Source: Candidatus Micrarchaeota archaeon
GTDB lineage: Archaea; B1Sed10-29; JAJRYS01
DNA length: 35,316 nucleotides
Direction: 5' to 3'
Assembly (NCBI GenBank): GCA_964496415.1
Contig: CAZBZN010000006.1
Span: forward strand, 1 to 35,316
Positions 16,149 through 26,329 of the stretch are shown piece by piece (positions within the stretch are counted from its first letter, which is position 1; each line of letters starts with the position of its first letter). Both the position numbers and the translations under genes were made by a program. Under the pieces are notes generated by a model. That model had not been told where the DNA came from and ran no database searches. It worked only from the letters and a program-made list of their open reading frames with translations.

Positions 16149-17765
16149 ATGCAGGTGATTGGCGAGACAGTTTCATTATGCCCAAAGTGTGTTGATGAAA
16201 AAAACTTCGCAGAAATGACTGTTAAGGCAATTGTTTATGTTGAAGATGGCAAAGTTAAGATTAAAAAAACCTGCCCTAAACATGGAGAGTTTATTGATGA
16301 TTATTGGGAAGATTATGAAATGTACAAGAAGGCTCAAAAGTATGCTGATGAAAAGGGAATTGTTTTGGAAAATCCTGAGATAACAAAGCCAAAAGAAGAG
16401 ATAAAATGCCCTAATGACTGTGGATTATGCTCGCTTCACATGTCCCACACAAATCTTGCTAATATAGTAGTTACTAACCGTTGTGATTTGTCCTGCTGGT
16501 ATTGTTTCTTTTATGCTAAGAAAGGAGAACCTATTTATGAACCAAGCTTAGAGCAGTTTAGAGAAATGTTTAGAAGACTTAAAAATCAAAAGCCTGTTCC
16601 TTGTAATGCTGTCCAGCTTACTGGCGGAGAGCCAACAGTAAGAGATGATTTGATTGAAATAGTTAAAATGGCTAAGGAAGAAGGATTTGACCATGTTCAA
16701 GTCAATACAAACATAATCAACATTTCAAAAGATCCTGAGCTTGCTAAGAAATTAGTTGAAGCAGGGGCTAATGTTTTTTACGTGAGCTTTGATGGCATGA
16801 CTCCTGAGTCAAATATTAAGAATTACTGGGAGTTTCCAAAAGCATTAGAAAACTTTAGAAAAGCGAAAGCAGGAATAGTTTTGGTTCCAACAGTTATTAG
16901 AGGGGTTAATGATGACCAGCTTGGTGACATTGTAAGGTTTGCTGCTGGAAACATTGATGTTGTTAGAGGCATTGTTTTTCAGCCAGTATCCTTGGTTGGA
17001 ATGATGCCTAAAGAAGAAAGAGCCAAACAAAGAATAACTATTCCAGAAGTGATTAAGAGAATAGAAGAGCAGACTGATGGACAAATAGGCAAAGAAGATT
17101 TTTATCCAATTCCAATATCAACGGTTGTCTCTGATTTTATTCAAGCATTAAGAGGAACAACTAAACCAGTCTATAGGCTTTCAGCTCACTTTGCTTGTGG
17201 CATGGCTACTTATATATTTAAAGATGGTGATAAGCTTATTCCTGTTACAAGGTTTATTGACGTAGATGGCTTGTATGAGTTCTTAAAAGAAGAAACTGAA
17301 AAAATTAACAATGGCAGAAGCAGGTTGCTTGCAAAGCTTGACTTGTTATTTGCTTTAAGAAAGTTCATTGATAAGGATAAGAAGCCGAAGAGCCTAAGCT
17401 TTAGGAAAATGCTCATGGAAGCACTTGCAGGTGGAAGCTATGATTCTTTAAGGTCTTTCCATCATAGTTCATTATTCATTGGAATGATGCATTTCATGGA
17501 TCCTTACAACTATGACGTTGAAAGAGTGAAAAGATGTGTCATTCATTATGTAATGGCTGATGGTAGGGTTGTTCCTTTCTGTGCTTTTAATGTCATCCCA
17601 GAACTTTATAGGGATAAGGTTCAAAGAGAGTACAGTATGAGTGTTGAGGAGTGGGAAAAAAGGACTGGTAAGAAGTTTGGTTATGAAAAGTATGTTAGGA
17701 AGAAGCTTTCTCCTGAAGAAGAAAAGAAGATTCATGAGTTTTATGCTCAATACAAAAAACATTAA
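16149..17765 (+). CDS. tes: Radical SAM protein, tetraether lipid synthase (Tes/GDGT-MAS) family
   Basis: N-terminal CPKC...CPKHG and CPNDCGLC metal sites, TNRCDLSCWYCFFYA, QLTGGEPT, FQPVS, HFACG, MHFMDPYNYDVERVKRCVIHY, PFCAFN. Confidence 0.85.
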   Translation: MQVIGETVSLCPKCVDEKNFAEMTVKAIVYVEDGKVKIKKTCPKHGEFIDDYWEDYEMYKKAQKYADEKGIVLENPEITKPKEEIKCPNDCGLCSLHMSHTNLANIVVTNRCDLSCWYCFFYAKKGEPIYEPSLEQFREMFRRLKNQKPVPCNAVQLTGGEPTVRDDLIEIVKMAKEEGFDHVQVNTNIINISKDPELAKKLVEAGANVFYVSFDGMTPESNIKNYWEFPKALENFRKAKAGIVLVPTVIRGVNDDQLGDIVRFAAGNIDVVRGIVFQPVSLVGMMPKEERAKQRITIPEVIKRIEEQTDGQIGKEDFYPIPISTVVSDFIQALRGTTKPVYRLSAHFACGMATYIFKDGDKLIPVTRFIDVDGLYEFLKEETEKINNGRSRLLAKLDLLFALRKFIDKDKKPKSLSFRKMLMEALAGGSYDSLRSFHHSSLFIGMMHFMDPYNYDVERVKRCVIHYVMADGRVVPFCAFNVIPELYRDKVQREYSMSVEEWEKRTGKKFGYEKYVRKKLSPEEEKKIHEFYAQYKKH

Positions 17766-17992
17766 GTTTTTGCTTCTTCTACTGCTTTTTTTAATGCTTT
17801 GAGTATTTTTTCGTTTAGAAGTCCTTTTTCACGGAGTTTTGCTTTTGCTTGTTTTAAAGTTATTCTTCCATCTTCAAGGTCTGAAAGTACTTTTCCTAAC
17901 AAGAGTCTTCTTTCAGCAGTAAGCGTGAATACCCTGTATTTTTTCAAGGCATTAAGTGCTTTTAGCTCTTCTACTGTTACTGTGTTTAGCAT
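17762..17992 (-). CDS. Small basic helical hypothetical protein
   Basis: 76-aa ORF fills the gap between tes and thrS, with normal composition and a TATA-like sequence upstream. Confidence 0.65.
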   Translation of the reverse strand: MLNTVTVEELKALNALKKYRVFTLTAERRLLLGKVLSDLEDGRITLKQAKAKLREKGLLNEKILKALKKAVEEAKT

Positions 17993-18049
17993 AAGTTTTA
18001 TTAAACAACTGTAATATAAAACAATTCAAGAATAACTGAAGTGTTTTGT

Positions 18050-19918
18050 ATGAAGGTCCTCTTAGTTCATTCTGATTTCATTGAATATGAGGCTTTAGAG
18101 AAAGCAGTAAAGCAAGCAGAGGAAGTTAAAGAAAAAAAGAAGAGAGTAGAAGAGTGCTTGGTAGTTTTTGTAAGTTTTGAGCAAGAAGATGATGAAAGGT
18201 TGCTTGAAAAGTTTTCAGAGGAAATTGAAGATGTCAGTACCAAGCTTAAGGTTAAGAGGGTTGTTCTTTACCCATGGGTTCATTTGTCAGCAAAGCCAAG
18301 CAGTCCTGCAAGAGCTTATGAGTTGCTGGTTAAGGCTGAAGAAGTTTTAAAGTCAAAGGGTTTTGAGGTTTGTCATGCTCCTTTTGGCTGGTATAAGTCT
18401 TTTGAAATAAGATGCAAGGGACATCCTTTGTCAGAGCTTTCAAGGGAAATTAAAGCTGGTGAAGAAGAATCAAAAGCTTTAAAAGCAGAAAGGAAGATTT
18501 CTTCAAGATGGTTCATAATTACTCCTGAAGGAGAACTGCATGAAATAAAAGCAGAAGACGGAGAAGTTGTTGGATTTGATTTTAAGAGTTATGAAAACCT
18601 TAAAAAGTTCGCTGCTTATGAGATTTCAAAATCAAGAAAAGTAAATCAAGAACCACCTCATATTAAGTTAATGCGTGGTCTTGAGTTGGTTGACTACGAG
18701 CCAGCAAGTGATCCTGGAAACTTAAGGTATTATCCTAAAGGTAAACTCATAAAATCACTGCTTGAAGAATTTGTTACGAGGAAAACATTGGAGTACGGTG
18801 CAATGGAAATAGAGTCACCGATAATGTACGATTACAACCATCCTACTTTGAAGAAGTACCTTGATAGGTTTCCTGCAAGACAGTACACGATTACTACTCC
18901 TAACAAGAAAGTATTTTTAAGATTTGCAGCTTGTTTTGGGCAGTTCTTAATGCTTCATGATGCTGTTATTACTTATAAGCACTTGCCTTTAAGGCTTTAT
19001 GAGCTTACAAAGTATTCTTTCAGAGTAGAGCAAAGAGGAGAACTTGCTGGGCTTAGAAGACTAAGGGCTTTTACCATGCCTGACTGCCATGCATTATGCA
19101 AGGATATGAATCAGGCAAAAGAAGAAATGCTGAGAAGGTTTGAGCTTTCAGAACAAATACAAAAAGAAATCGGCTTCAGTGTACCTGAAGACTTTGAGTT
19201 TGCTATAAGAGCAACAAAGGACTTCCTTGAAAAAGAAAAAGAGTTTATCGTAAGCCTTGTGAAAAAGTGGGGTAAGCCAGCATTGCTTGAAGTATGGGAT
19301 GAAAGGATTTTTTACTTCGTGCTTAAGTACGAGTGGAACTTTGTTGATTCTCTTGGAAAAGCAGCTGCTTTAAACACTGACCAAATTGATGTTGTTAATG
19401 CTGAAAACTACGACATTTCATTCGTTGACTCTGACGGGAAAAAGAAAAGGCCCATAATAATGCACTTGTCACCTTCAGGAGCAATTGAAAGAGTGATGTA
19501 TGCTCTTCTTGAAAAAGCAGCTATTGAATCAAAAAAAGGAAAAAAGCCTGAACTGCCTTTATGGCTTTCACCTACGCAGTTGAGGTTAGTTCCTGTTTCT
19601 GAAGATTATGTTGATTACTGCTTGAAACTCTTGGAAAAAATAAAGGGTGTAAGAGTTGACATTGATGATACTAATGACACTCTTTCTAAGAAGATAAGGA
19701 AAGCTGAGAAAGAATGGATTCCTTACATAGCAGTAGTCGGCGAAAAAGAAGTAGAGTCAGGAAAGCTTTCAGTGAGGATTAGAAATGAGAGTCAAAAACA
19801 GTGTTCTATTGAAGAGATAGCTGAAGAGATTAAAGAAAAAACTAAAGGAATGCCTTTTAAACCATTGCCAATGCCAGTGCTCTTGTCAAAAAGACCTGTT
19901 TTTGTCGGCAGTAGTTGA
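18050..19918 (+). CDS. thrS: Threonine--tRNA ligase (archaeal type with editing domain)
   Basis: MKVLLVHSD (ATG 18050), YPWVHLS, APFGWYKSF...CKGHPLSELSR, LRFAACFG, RLRAFTMPDCH, GAIER. Confidence 0.97.
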   Translation: MKVLLVHSDFIEYEALEKAVKQAEEVKEKKKRVEECLVVFVSFEQEDDERLLEKFSEEIEDVSTKLKVKRVVLYPWVHLSAKPSSPARAYELLVKAEEVLKSKGFEVCHAPFGWYKSFEIRCKGHPLSELSREIKAGEEESKALKAERKISSRWFIITPEGELHEIKAEDGEVVGFDFKSYENLKKFAAYEISKSRKVNQEPPHIKLMRGLELVDYEPASDPGNLRYYPKGKLIKSLLEEFVTRKTLEYGAMEIESPIMYDYNHPTLKKYLDRFPARQYTITTPNKKVFLRFAACFGQFLMLHDAVITYKHLPLRLYELTKYSFRVEQRGELAGLRRLRAFTMPDCHALCKDMNQAKEEMLRRFELSEQIQKEIGFSVPEDFEFAIRATKDFLEKEKEFIVSLVKKWGKPALLEVWDERIFYFVLKYEWNFVDSLGKAAALNTDQIDVVNAENYDISFVDSDGKKKRPIIMHLSPSGAIERVMYALLEKAAIESKKGKKPELPLWLSPTQLRLVPVSEDYVDYCLKLLEKIKGVRVDIDDTNDTLSKKIRKAEKEWIPYIAVVGEKEVESGKLSVRIRNESQKQCSIEEIAEEIKEKTKGMPFKPLPMPVLLSKRPVFVGSS

Positions 19919-19966
19919 ATTAGGTGATGGTTTAGTTTTAAATAGCTGGAGGTCTTATTTTTCCTT

Positions 19967-21337
19967 ATGAAGCTTCAGACTTCATTAGAATACTTAATCA
20001 TAATAGCAGCTGTTTTAGCAATAGTTGGTTTTATTGTTTATTTTGTGATTGGTTCTTATTCTTCTTCAAGCATTAGTGCTAAGTTTAGTGAATGTAAGTC
20101 TGCTGCTGCTCAATGCAAGTCAAAGCATTTAGTTGCTCCTAATGATCCTTGTTTGTTCTGTGAAGAAGCATGTACTATTAATGGAGTAGACTTGCTTGAA
20201 GGAACAGGATACAGTGCTGTTGAACTATGTAGACAAGGCAACGCAAGCGCGATTTATCAAAGGGAAAAACTTCCTCCAGCGTGTTATAATGATTCTGACT
20301 GTGATGATGGTAATGCTTGTACTATTGACTACTGCCAGAACCCTGGAAGTTCAGAAGCGGTTTGCGTGAACGAGCCAATATTCGGGTGCATTAACACTGT
20401 TGGAAGGTTTAACAGTCCTGACACGGCTTTTGACGTGATAAGAGAAGAAGGTAAGGATGTTGTTTTCTTAGCTGATGGGAGTTCTGTTTTTGCTGTTAAT
20501 GTTTCTAATAAGTCTTCACCTTCAGTGATTTCAAAGTCTTTTTGTGAGGATGAATGCTTTAACTTGGCGGAAGTTAATGCTGGCAGCAATAGGTTTCTTG
20601 TAAGTGTTGGAAGGAAAAATCCCTTTGGCAGTAGTTCAATTTATGTTTTTAAAGTTTCTGGAACATCAACTTTAGAGCAAGTTTTTGCGCAAGATGTTAA
20701 AGATAACATGCGTGACGTGTTCGTTGACGACAGGGGTTATGTGTTTGTCGTAGCAGACAAACTTGGATTGTTGATTTACAAGATTGACCAGGATACTGGC
20801 GTTCTTTCCAGGATTTCTTCATTTAGCATTGACGGGGTTCCTTCTTCAGTCACAGTAGTTGAGAGGGGTAGGGATTATGTTGCATATGTGTTGTCTTCTA
20901 ATGGTTTGTATGCTGTTGATGTTAATGATGTTTCTAACCCGTCACTCATTGGTTCCATAAATGAAATTAAAAGTAATTACATTAACAATGAAAAAATAAT
21001 AAGTAATGAAAAATTATTGTATTTGAGCGCAAATAGTTTTTTCTATGTTATTAATGTCTCTTCAGTAACTTCTGATTCTTTCAACCCAGTAATCATTAAG
21101 AGAGTTGGTATTCCGTCCCCTGCTTGGGACCTTTATTATTCTCATCATTCTTCTGTGAACTTAGTTTTTGCAGCTGCTTCAGAAGCTGGAGTAATAGTGC
21201 TTAATGTCACTGACCCGAGCTCTCCTCATATGATTAGTAATTGGACTTCTTATTCTCTTGGAGTCTGTGAGGATTCTTGGTTTGTTTACTCCTGTGCTGG
21301 CGGCGGTGGCCTTTACATTGGAGAGGTTACTCATTAG
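19967..21337 (+). CDS. Pilin-like adhesin: class III signal peptide + Cys-rich repeat + LVIVD-type beta-propeller
   Basis: MKL/QTSLEYLIIIAAVLA; CYNDSDCDDGNACTIDYC; repeats such as FAVNVSNKSSP, GLYAVDVNDVSNP and GVIVLNVTDPSSP. Confidence 0.8.
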   Translation: MKLQTSLEYLIIIAAVLAIVGFIVYFVIGSYSSSSISAKFSECKSAAAQCKSKHLVAPNDPCLFCEEACTINGVDLLEGTGYSAVELCRQGNASAIYQREKLPPACYNDSDCDDGNACTIDYCQNPGSSEAVCVNEPIFGCINTVGRFNSPDTAFDVIREEGKDVVFLADGSSVFAVNVSNKSSPSVISKSFCEDECFNLAEVNAGSNRFLVSVGRKNPFGSSSIYVFKVSGTSTLEQVFAQDVKDNMRDVFVDDRGYVFVVADKLGLLIYKIDQDTGVLSRISSFSIDGVPSSVTVVERGRDYVAYVLSSNGLYAVDVNDVSNPSLIGSINEIKSNYINNEKIISNEKLLYLSANSFFYVINVSSVTSDSFNPVIIKRVGIPSPAWDLYYSHHSSVNLVFAAASEAGVIVLNVTDPSSPHMISNWTSYSLGVCEDSWFVYSCAGGGGLYIGEVTH

Positions 21338-21379
21338 TATTTCATAACTTTTTTAAACCATGCTTGTTTCTTTAAACCC

Positions 21380-22903
21380 ATGGCTTATATTGATGAGTTA
21401 ATCAAGAAATCAAAGTCAAGGCAGGAAAAAGAAAAGAAGCCGGCAGAAAAAACAGAGGTTGAAACAAAGAAAAAATTGGTTGCTTCTTATGGAAGCGTGA
21501 AGATTTATAAGGTTGAAGGAGAGCCGCTGCTTCATTATACGGTTCCTGTGATTAAGCCTTCTGGTCCTGAAAAAACGATAATAAAGCTGATACAAGAGGC
21601 AGCGACCAGGCTTATTACTATTTCTCCAGAGGAGATAAGAGACCCTCAGCGTAGGAGGAGTTTTTATTTTCAAAGGGTAAAGGAGATAATTGAGTCTTCT
21701 CCTGAGTTAGGTGTTCCAAAGACTAAAGTTGACTTTTATGCTGACATGGTTGTTAGGGAAATGATTGGTTACGGTGTTTTAGATGTTCTTACTCAGGATG
21801 ACCAGCTTGAGGAAATAATGGTTATTGGCCCTAACAAGCCTGTTTATGTTTTTCATAGGAAGTATGACATGATGAAGACAAATATTGTTTTTGCTGATGA
21901 TGAAGAGATAAAAAATATTGTTGATAGGATTGCAAGGCAGGTTAATAGAAGAGTTGACATGCAGACTCCTTTGCTTGACGCAAGGCTTCCTGATGGTTCA
22001 AGAGTTAATGCCACTATTCCCCCGATTTCGTTAGGCGGGACTACTTTGACTATTAGGAAGTTTAGGACTGATCCTTTTTCAATGATTGACTTGATAATGA
22101 ATAATACTCTTTCTTCAGAAGCAGCTGCTTTTTTGTCTTTGGCAGTTGATGGTTTTGGAGCAAAACCAGCTAACATGCTTATTTCAGGAGGAACTGGAAG
22201 TGGAAAGACTACTACTCTTAATGTTTTGGCTTCTTTTATTCCAAAGCGTGAGAGAATAATTTCAATAGAAGACACTGCTGAGTTGAATCTTCCAATAGAG
22301 CATTGGATTCGTTTTGAGACAAGACCACCTGGCTTGGAAGGAACAGGTGAAATAACAATGGATATTCTTGTTAAGAATGCTTTGCGTATGAGACCTGATA
22401 GGATTATTGTTGGTGAGATAAGGCATGCTGAGGCTTTTACTTTGTTCACTGCAATGAATACTGGTCATGATGGAAGTCTTGGTACTGTTCACTCTAACTC
22501 TGCTCATGAGACAATAATAAGGCTTCTTAATCCTCCCATGAATGTTCCAGCGATAATGATTGATGCGCTTGATATAATAGTTGTTCAAAAAAGGATTCAT
22601 GACAGGAGAAAAGGCACTATAAGAAGGGTTACTGAGATTGCTGAGGTTTTAGGAGTTCCTGAAGGAAACCCTGAGCTTCAGATGCTTTACCAGTGGGATG
22701 CTAAAACAGATTCTCTTAAAAGGACAAACGTTCCGTCAAAGTATTTGAAGGAGTTATGCGAGTACACTGGCCTTAATGTCGAGCAGTTGGAAGAAGAGGT
22801 TAACGCAAGGAAAGCTTTATTTGAGTCTTTAGCTGAAAAAGGAATAAGAAGCATGAGAGAAGTAATTCAAGAGTTTGAAAAGTTTAAGGAGAGTAGGAAA
22901 TGA
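21380..22903 (+). CDS. Type IV pilus assembly ATPase (CpaF/TadA/VirB11 family)
   Basis: DARLPDGSRVNA, TIRKF, GGTGSGKTT, IEDTAEL, LRMRPDRIIVGEIR, MNTGHDG. Confidence 0.95.
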   Translation: MAYIDELIKKSKSRQEKEKKPAEKTEVETKKKLVASYGSVKIYKVEGEPLLHYTVPVIKPSGPEKTIIKLIQEAATRLITISPEEIRDPQRRRSFYFQRVKEIIESSPELGVPKTKVDFYADMVVREMIGYGVLDVLTQDDQLEEIMVIGPNKPVYVFHRKYDMMKTNIVFADDEEIKNIVDRIARQVNRRVDMQTPLLDARLPDGSRVNATIPPISLGGTTLTIRKFRTDPFSMIDLIMNNTLSSEAAAFLSLAVDGFGAKPANMLISGGTGSGKTTTLNVLASFIPKRERIISIEDTAELNLPIEHWIRFETRPPGLEGTGEITMDILVKNALRMRPDRIIVGEIRHAEAFTLFTAMNTGHDGSLGTVHSNSAHETIIRLLNPPMNVPAIMIDALDIIVVQKRIHDRRKGTIRRVTEIAEVLGVPEGNPELQMLYQWDAKTDSLKRTNVPSKYLKELCEYTGLNVEQLEEEVNARKALFESLAEKGIRSMREVIQEFEKFKESRK

Positions 22904-24039
22904 AGAGGATTGGAAAGCTTAAGAAGCTTTTGAAAAAGGAAAAGAAAAAGAAGGAAGAAATCAAGCTTGAGAAAGAGCTTCCTGAAGAGGATGTGCTTGC
23001 TAAAGTAGTTGAAAGAATGAAAGAGAAGTACGTTAAGGAGGGATTAATAAAAGAAAAAGAGGAAGAGGTTGCTTCTGCTGACTTGAAGAAAATGATTGAA
23101 GGAGCTAAAAAAATAGAGTACGGTGCTTCTCCAAGAGAACTTACTCTTTATGATAATTCTCTTGTCAGAGCCTTTGGTAAGATGTACCTTGCTTTAGAAG
23201 CTCCTTTGTCTTTATTCGTTAAGTTTTTCAAAAAGAAGATGGGTGAAAGCCTTAAGTATGACTTGCTTGCTTCTGGGATGAATTATTCAATAGAGCAATA
23301 CCTTGCGTTGGTTTTTTCAGCTTCTTTTTTTACTTTTATAATTTCTTTTGTTTTGTTCCTGCTTCTGTGGATGGCTAAAGCAGTAAGCATTGTGATGCTT
23401 GCTTTTATTCCTCCAGTAATCACTTTGCTTGTGATGTTTTTGATGTTAACTATTCCAAGAAGCAAGGCTAATAAGATTGCTAACGAGATTGACAAGGAAC
23501 TTCCTTTTGCTTTAAGGCATATGAGTATTGAAATCAGGGCAGGGGTGAGTATTTACAAGACTTTAGAGTCTGTTGCAATGTCTGGTTATGGTCCTTTAAG
23601 CACAGGGCTTAAATGGGTTTTAAGCCAGGTTGAGAAAGGAAAAGCAACAGAAGACGTTCTTGAGGAATGGGCGCAGAGGACTAAGTCAGAGGCTTTAAAG
23701 AGAGTGGTTTCTCATATTGTGAGGGCTTTAAGGACTGGTGGGAATCTTTCAGACATAATGGTTACTATTGCAGAAGATGTTTCTTTTGAAAGAAGAGCAA
23801 AGATAGCTGACTTTGCTGAAAAACTAAACCTCATAGGATTATTTTTAATGATGTCCATAGTTGTCCTTCCAGTAATGGTGTCTATTTTGACTACTATTGC
23901 AAGCGCTCCTTCAATAAGCCAGTATCTTGGAATGCTTTCATTTTTCTCACCATCATTTTTAATGTTGCTTTACTTTGTCTTGGTTCCTGGAATGATGTTC
24001 GTGTTCATGTATTATATTAAAAGCGCTGACCCTGGGTGA
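22900..24039 (+). CDS. Pilus membrane platform protein (TadB/TadC, T2SSF family)
   Basis: IDKELPFALRHMSIEIRAG, GYGPLS, RTGGNLSD, multiple TM helices. Confidence 0.9.
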   Translation: MKRIGKLKKLLKKEKKKKEEIKLEKELPEEDVLAKVVERMKEKYVKEGLIKEKEEEVASADLKKMIEGAKKIEYGASPRELTLYDNSLVRAFGKMYLALEAPLSLFVKFFKKKMGESLKYDLLASGMNYSIEQYLALVFSASFFTFIISFVLFLLLWMAKAVSIVMLAFIPPVITLLVMFLMLTIPRSKANKIANEIDKELPFALRHMSIEIRAGVSIYKTLESVAMSGYGPLSTGLKWVLSQVEKGKATEDVLEEWAQRTKSEALKRVVSHIVRALRTGGNLSDIMVTIAEDVSFERRAKIADFAEKLNLIGLFLMMSIVVLPVMVSILTTIASAPSISQYLGMLSFFSPSFLMLLYFVLVPGMMFVFMYYIKSADPG

Positions 24040-24043
24040 TTGA

Positions 24044-24919
24044 TTGAGTTTGCTGAAAAAGTACGAAGAAACAGTTGAGTTTGCTGGAATAAAGCTTCCT
24101 GGAAAAGTTTTAGCTTTCCTTACTATAATGTCTGCTGTTGGAGTTAGCTTTGTGACTTTGTTTTTTGACCCAATGCTTTCAGTATTAATGGCTATTCTGC
24201 TTATTGATATTGGTTTTGGTCTTCCTTTCTTCTTAGCAGAGGCAAAAATAGCTAAGATTGAAAGAAGGCTTCCTGACGTGCTTCATCATATTGGAACTAC
24301 TTTAAAGACAGGCGGAACTATTGAAGCTGCTTTGAAAGAAGTTTCAAGGATTGATTATGGGCCAATAACTGTTGGAGTAAAGCAAATGCTGAAGAGGATA
24401 AATGAGGGCCAGACTTTTGAAGAAGCTTTTTCAGAGTTTGCTTTGAATTCAAGGTCAAAGCTTTTGAAAAAAGCAGCTGTTATCATTATTGCTGCTAAAA
24501 AATCAGGAGGAGCTTTGGTAGAAACTCTTTCAGCAATGGCAGAGGACTTTAGAGCTCTTTACAGGCTTGAGAGAGAAAGAAAGACTAAGACTTTCATGCA
24601 GTTCTTGTTCATAATAACAGCTGGTTGTTTTGTAGCTCCTTTTGTCTTTGGAATCGTGAAGTCAGTGCTTGGGATCTTGCTTCAGGTTGGCGGGAGTACA
24701 GCCATGTATGCTGAGACAGTAAGAATAGTGTCTCAGTTTGACTTTTTGTTTAAGGCTTACTTAATGCTTGAGTCAGCACTTTCAATGATGGGCGCTGTTC
24801 AAGTGAGGGAAGGGAAGCTTTCAAAAGCAGTGATTTACATTCCAATAGGCATGCTTGCAAGTTACGTGATTTACGTCCTGACTTCTTCAGTATTCTTGTC
24901 TTTCTTAATGGGTTCATGA
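24044..24919 (+). CDS. Second pilus membrane platform protein (T2SSF family)
   Basis: IERRLPDVL, DYGP, KSGGALVETL, TM helices; TTG start. Confidence 0.9.
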   Translation: MSLLKKYEETVEFAGIKLPGKVLAFLTIMSAVGVSFVTLFFDPMLSVLMAILLIDIGFGLPFFLAEAKIAKIERRLPDVLHHIGTTLKTGGTIEAALKEVSRIDYGPITVGVKQMLKRINEGQTFEEAFSEFALNSRSKLLKKAAVIIIAAKKSGGALVETLSAMAEDFRALYRLERERKTKTFMQFLFIITAGCFVAPFVFGIVKSVLGILLQVGGSTAMYAETVRIVSQFDFLFKAYLMLESALSMMGAVQVREGKLSKAVIYIPIGMLASYVIYVLTSSVFLSFLMGS

Positions 24920-24984
24920 AGTTTGATAGCAAGGTTTTTAAAGCAATATGTTGTTTTTTAAACTAAATGTTTGGAGGGTTTTCA

Positions 24985-25290
24985 ATGAAAAAAGGACAAG
25001 GAGCTTTAGAGTATTTGATTATCATTGCTGCTGTCTTGGCTATTGCAGCAATAGTGGTTTTGTTCCTTTCAGGAGCTTTCAAAAGCGCTAGCACTGGCGG
25101 TGACGTTGGAAAATGTAAGCAAGCAGCTTCACAGTGTGCTACCGAACTTGCTACTTCTTCAGGAGCAACTTGTAGTTATTGTGATGAGGCTTGTTCAGGA
25201 ACTGGGTTAACGACAACTGACACAGCAACTTACCCAACAGCTGTTGATGCATGTAAGGCTGGAAAACCAGAGGTAATAGTTTCAGCATGA
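24985..25290 (+). CDS. Probable major type IV pilin (class III signal peptide)
   Basis: MKKG/QGALEYLIIIAAVLA. Has its own TATA (tttttaaa near 24935-24942), SD GGAGGG at 24973 and a downstream T-tract. Confidence 0.88.
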   Translation: MKKGQGALEYLIIIAAVLAIAAIVVLFLSGAFKSASTGGDVGKCKQAASQCATELATSSGATCSYCDEACSGTGLTTTDTATYPTAVDACKAGKPEVIVSA

Positions 25291-25325
25291 AACCTTCTTG
25301 TTTTTTATTTTTGTTTTGTTTTTAG
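25291..25325 (+). terminator. Oligo-T archaeal terminator after the major pilin
   Basis: Several T-runs (ttgttttttattttttgttttgttttt) immediately after the stop. Confidence 0.55.
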
Positions 25326-25331
25326 TTAAGC

Positions 25332-26165
25332 ATGCTTGAAGAAGTTGCTTTTTTACTGGCGTTTTTTTTACTTGGCATAGCTAGTTATTATGATTTTAAG
25401 AGTCATGAAGTTCCTGATTTTTTATGCTATTTGTTTTTGTTTCTTGGCTTGGTTTTTTTCGCAGTAAACCTTTTCACTCATTGCTCTAACTTGGTTTTGT
25501 TGTCAGCGTTCAGTGCTGTGGTTTTTTCTCTTGCCATGAAGTTTTTCGGAGGCTGGGCTTTAGGGGATGTTTTTATTTTTTCAGGCATCAGCTTAATGCT
25601 TCCTGAGTTTAATGGAGTAGCGTTTTTCCCATTTTTGGTTTTTTCAGCAGGAGTTCTTTCTTCAGCTCCTTTTGTCTTAGGTTACTGTGTTTTCGAAGTG
25701 TTTAAAAATGATAAAGCTAAGCAGTCTTTTCTCTCGCTCATTAGAAGAAGGTTTTTCAAAGAGCTTGGCTTTGCATTAGTGTTGTTCTTAGTGTTTTTGT
25801 TTATTGAAGGAGTTGAAACAGGCATTGGTGCTGCTTTAGGTTATTTCTTGGTTTTTTTTGCTGTTTCTTTTTATAAGGCTTCAAAAGATTTTGTGCTAAG
25901 AGAAGTGAAGAAAGTTAATGAGTTAATGGAAGGGGACATTCCTGCGGTAAGCATTGACGAGAAAGGAAGGATTGTAAAGGGATTTTCCAGAAATCTGGTG
26001 GTTAGTTCAATGAATGCTGATGGCTTGACTTTGGATCAAATTAAAAAGTTGAAGAGTCTTGGAGTCAGTGAGCTTGTGGTTAGGAAAAGCATTCCGTTCA
26101 TTCCTCTTCTTTGGGCTGGTTTGGTTTTAGCTGGCTTGATAGTTTTTTATATAAGGGTTTTTTAA
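25332..26165 (+). CDS. Prepilin peptidase (A24, EppA-like)
   Basis: ASYYDFKSHEVPD, GGWALGD (GxGD variant), ELMEGDI...GLT insertion, C-terminal IPFIP; polytopic membrane protein. Confidence 0.85.
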   Translation: MLEEVAFLLAFFLLGIASYYDFKSHEVPDFLCYLFLFLGLVFFAVNLFTHCSNLVLLSAFSAVVFSLAMKFFGGWALGDVFIFSGISLMLPEFNGVAFFPFLVFSAGVLSSAPFVLGYCVFEVFKNDKAKQSFLSLIRRRFFKELGFALVLFLVFLFIEGVETGIGAALGYFLVFFAVSFYKASKDFVLREVKKVNELMEGDIPAVSIDEKGRIVKGFSRNLVVSSMNADGLTLDQIKKLKSLGVSELVVRKSIPFIPLLWAGLVLAGLIVFYIRVF

Positions 26166-26173
26166 CTTTTATC

Positions 26174-26329
26174 ATGAAGTCTCAAACTTCAACAGAGTAC
26201 TTAATCCTGGTTGGGTTGTCAATAATAGTAGCAGCAGTGGTTACTTTAGTTGCTTTTAACATCATTGGAATTAGGAACAATGTCCTTGACTTGATTAAAA
26301 CTTATAGGATTAAGCTTTTGGGTGGTTAA
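26174..26329 (+). CDS. Minimal pilin-like protein (51 aa)
   Basis: MKS/QTSTEYLILVG; the likely start is ATG 26174 rather than 26111. Confidence 0.82.
   Translation: MKSQTSTEYLILVGLSIIVAAVVTLVAFNIIGIRNNVLDLIKTYRIKLLGG

Noticed and set aside
21380..24919. Archaellum or conjugation system
   Set aside because: No ArlH/ArlF/ArlG, archaellin signature or VirB4; two TadB/C-type proteins and QxxxE pilins indicate an adhesive/uptake pilus.
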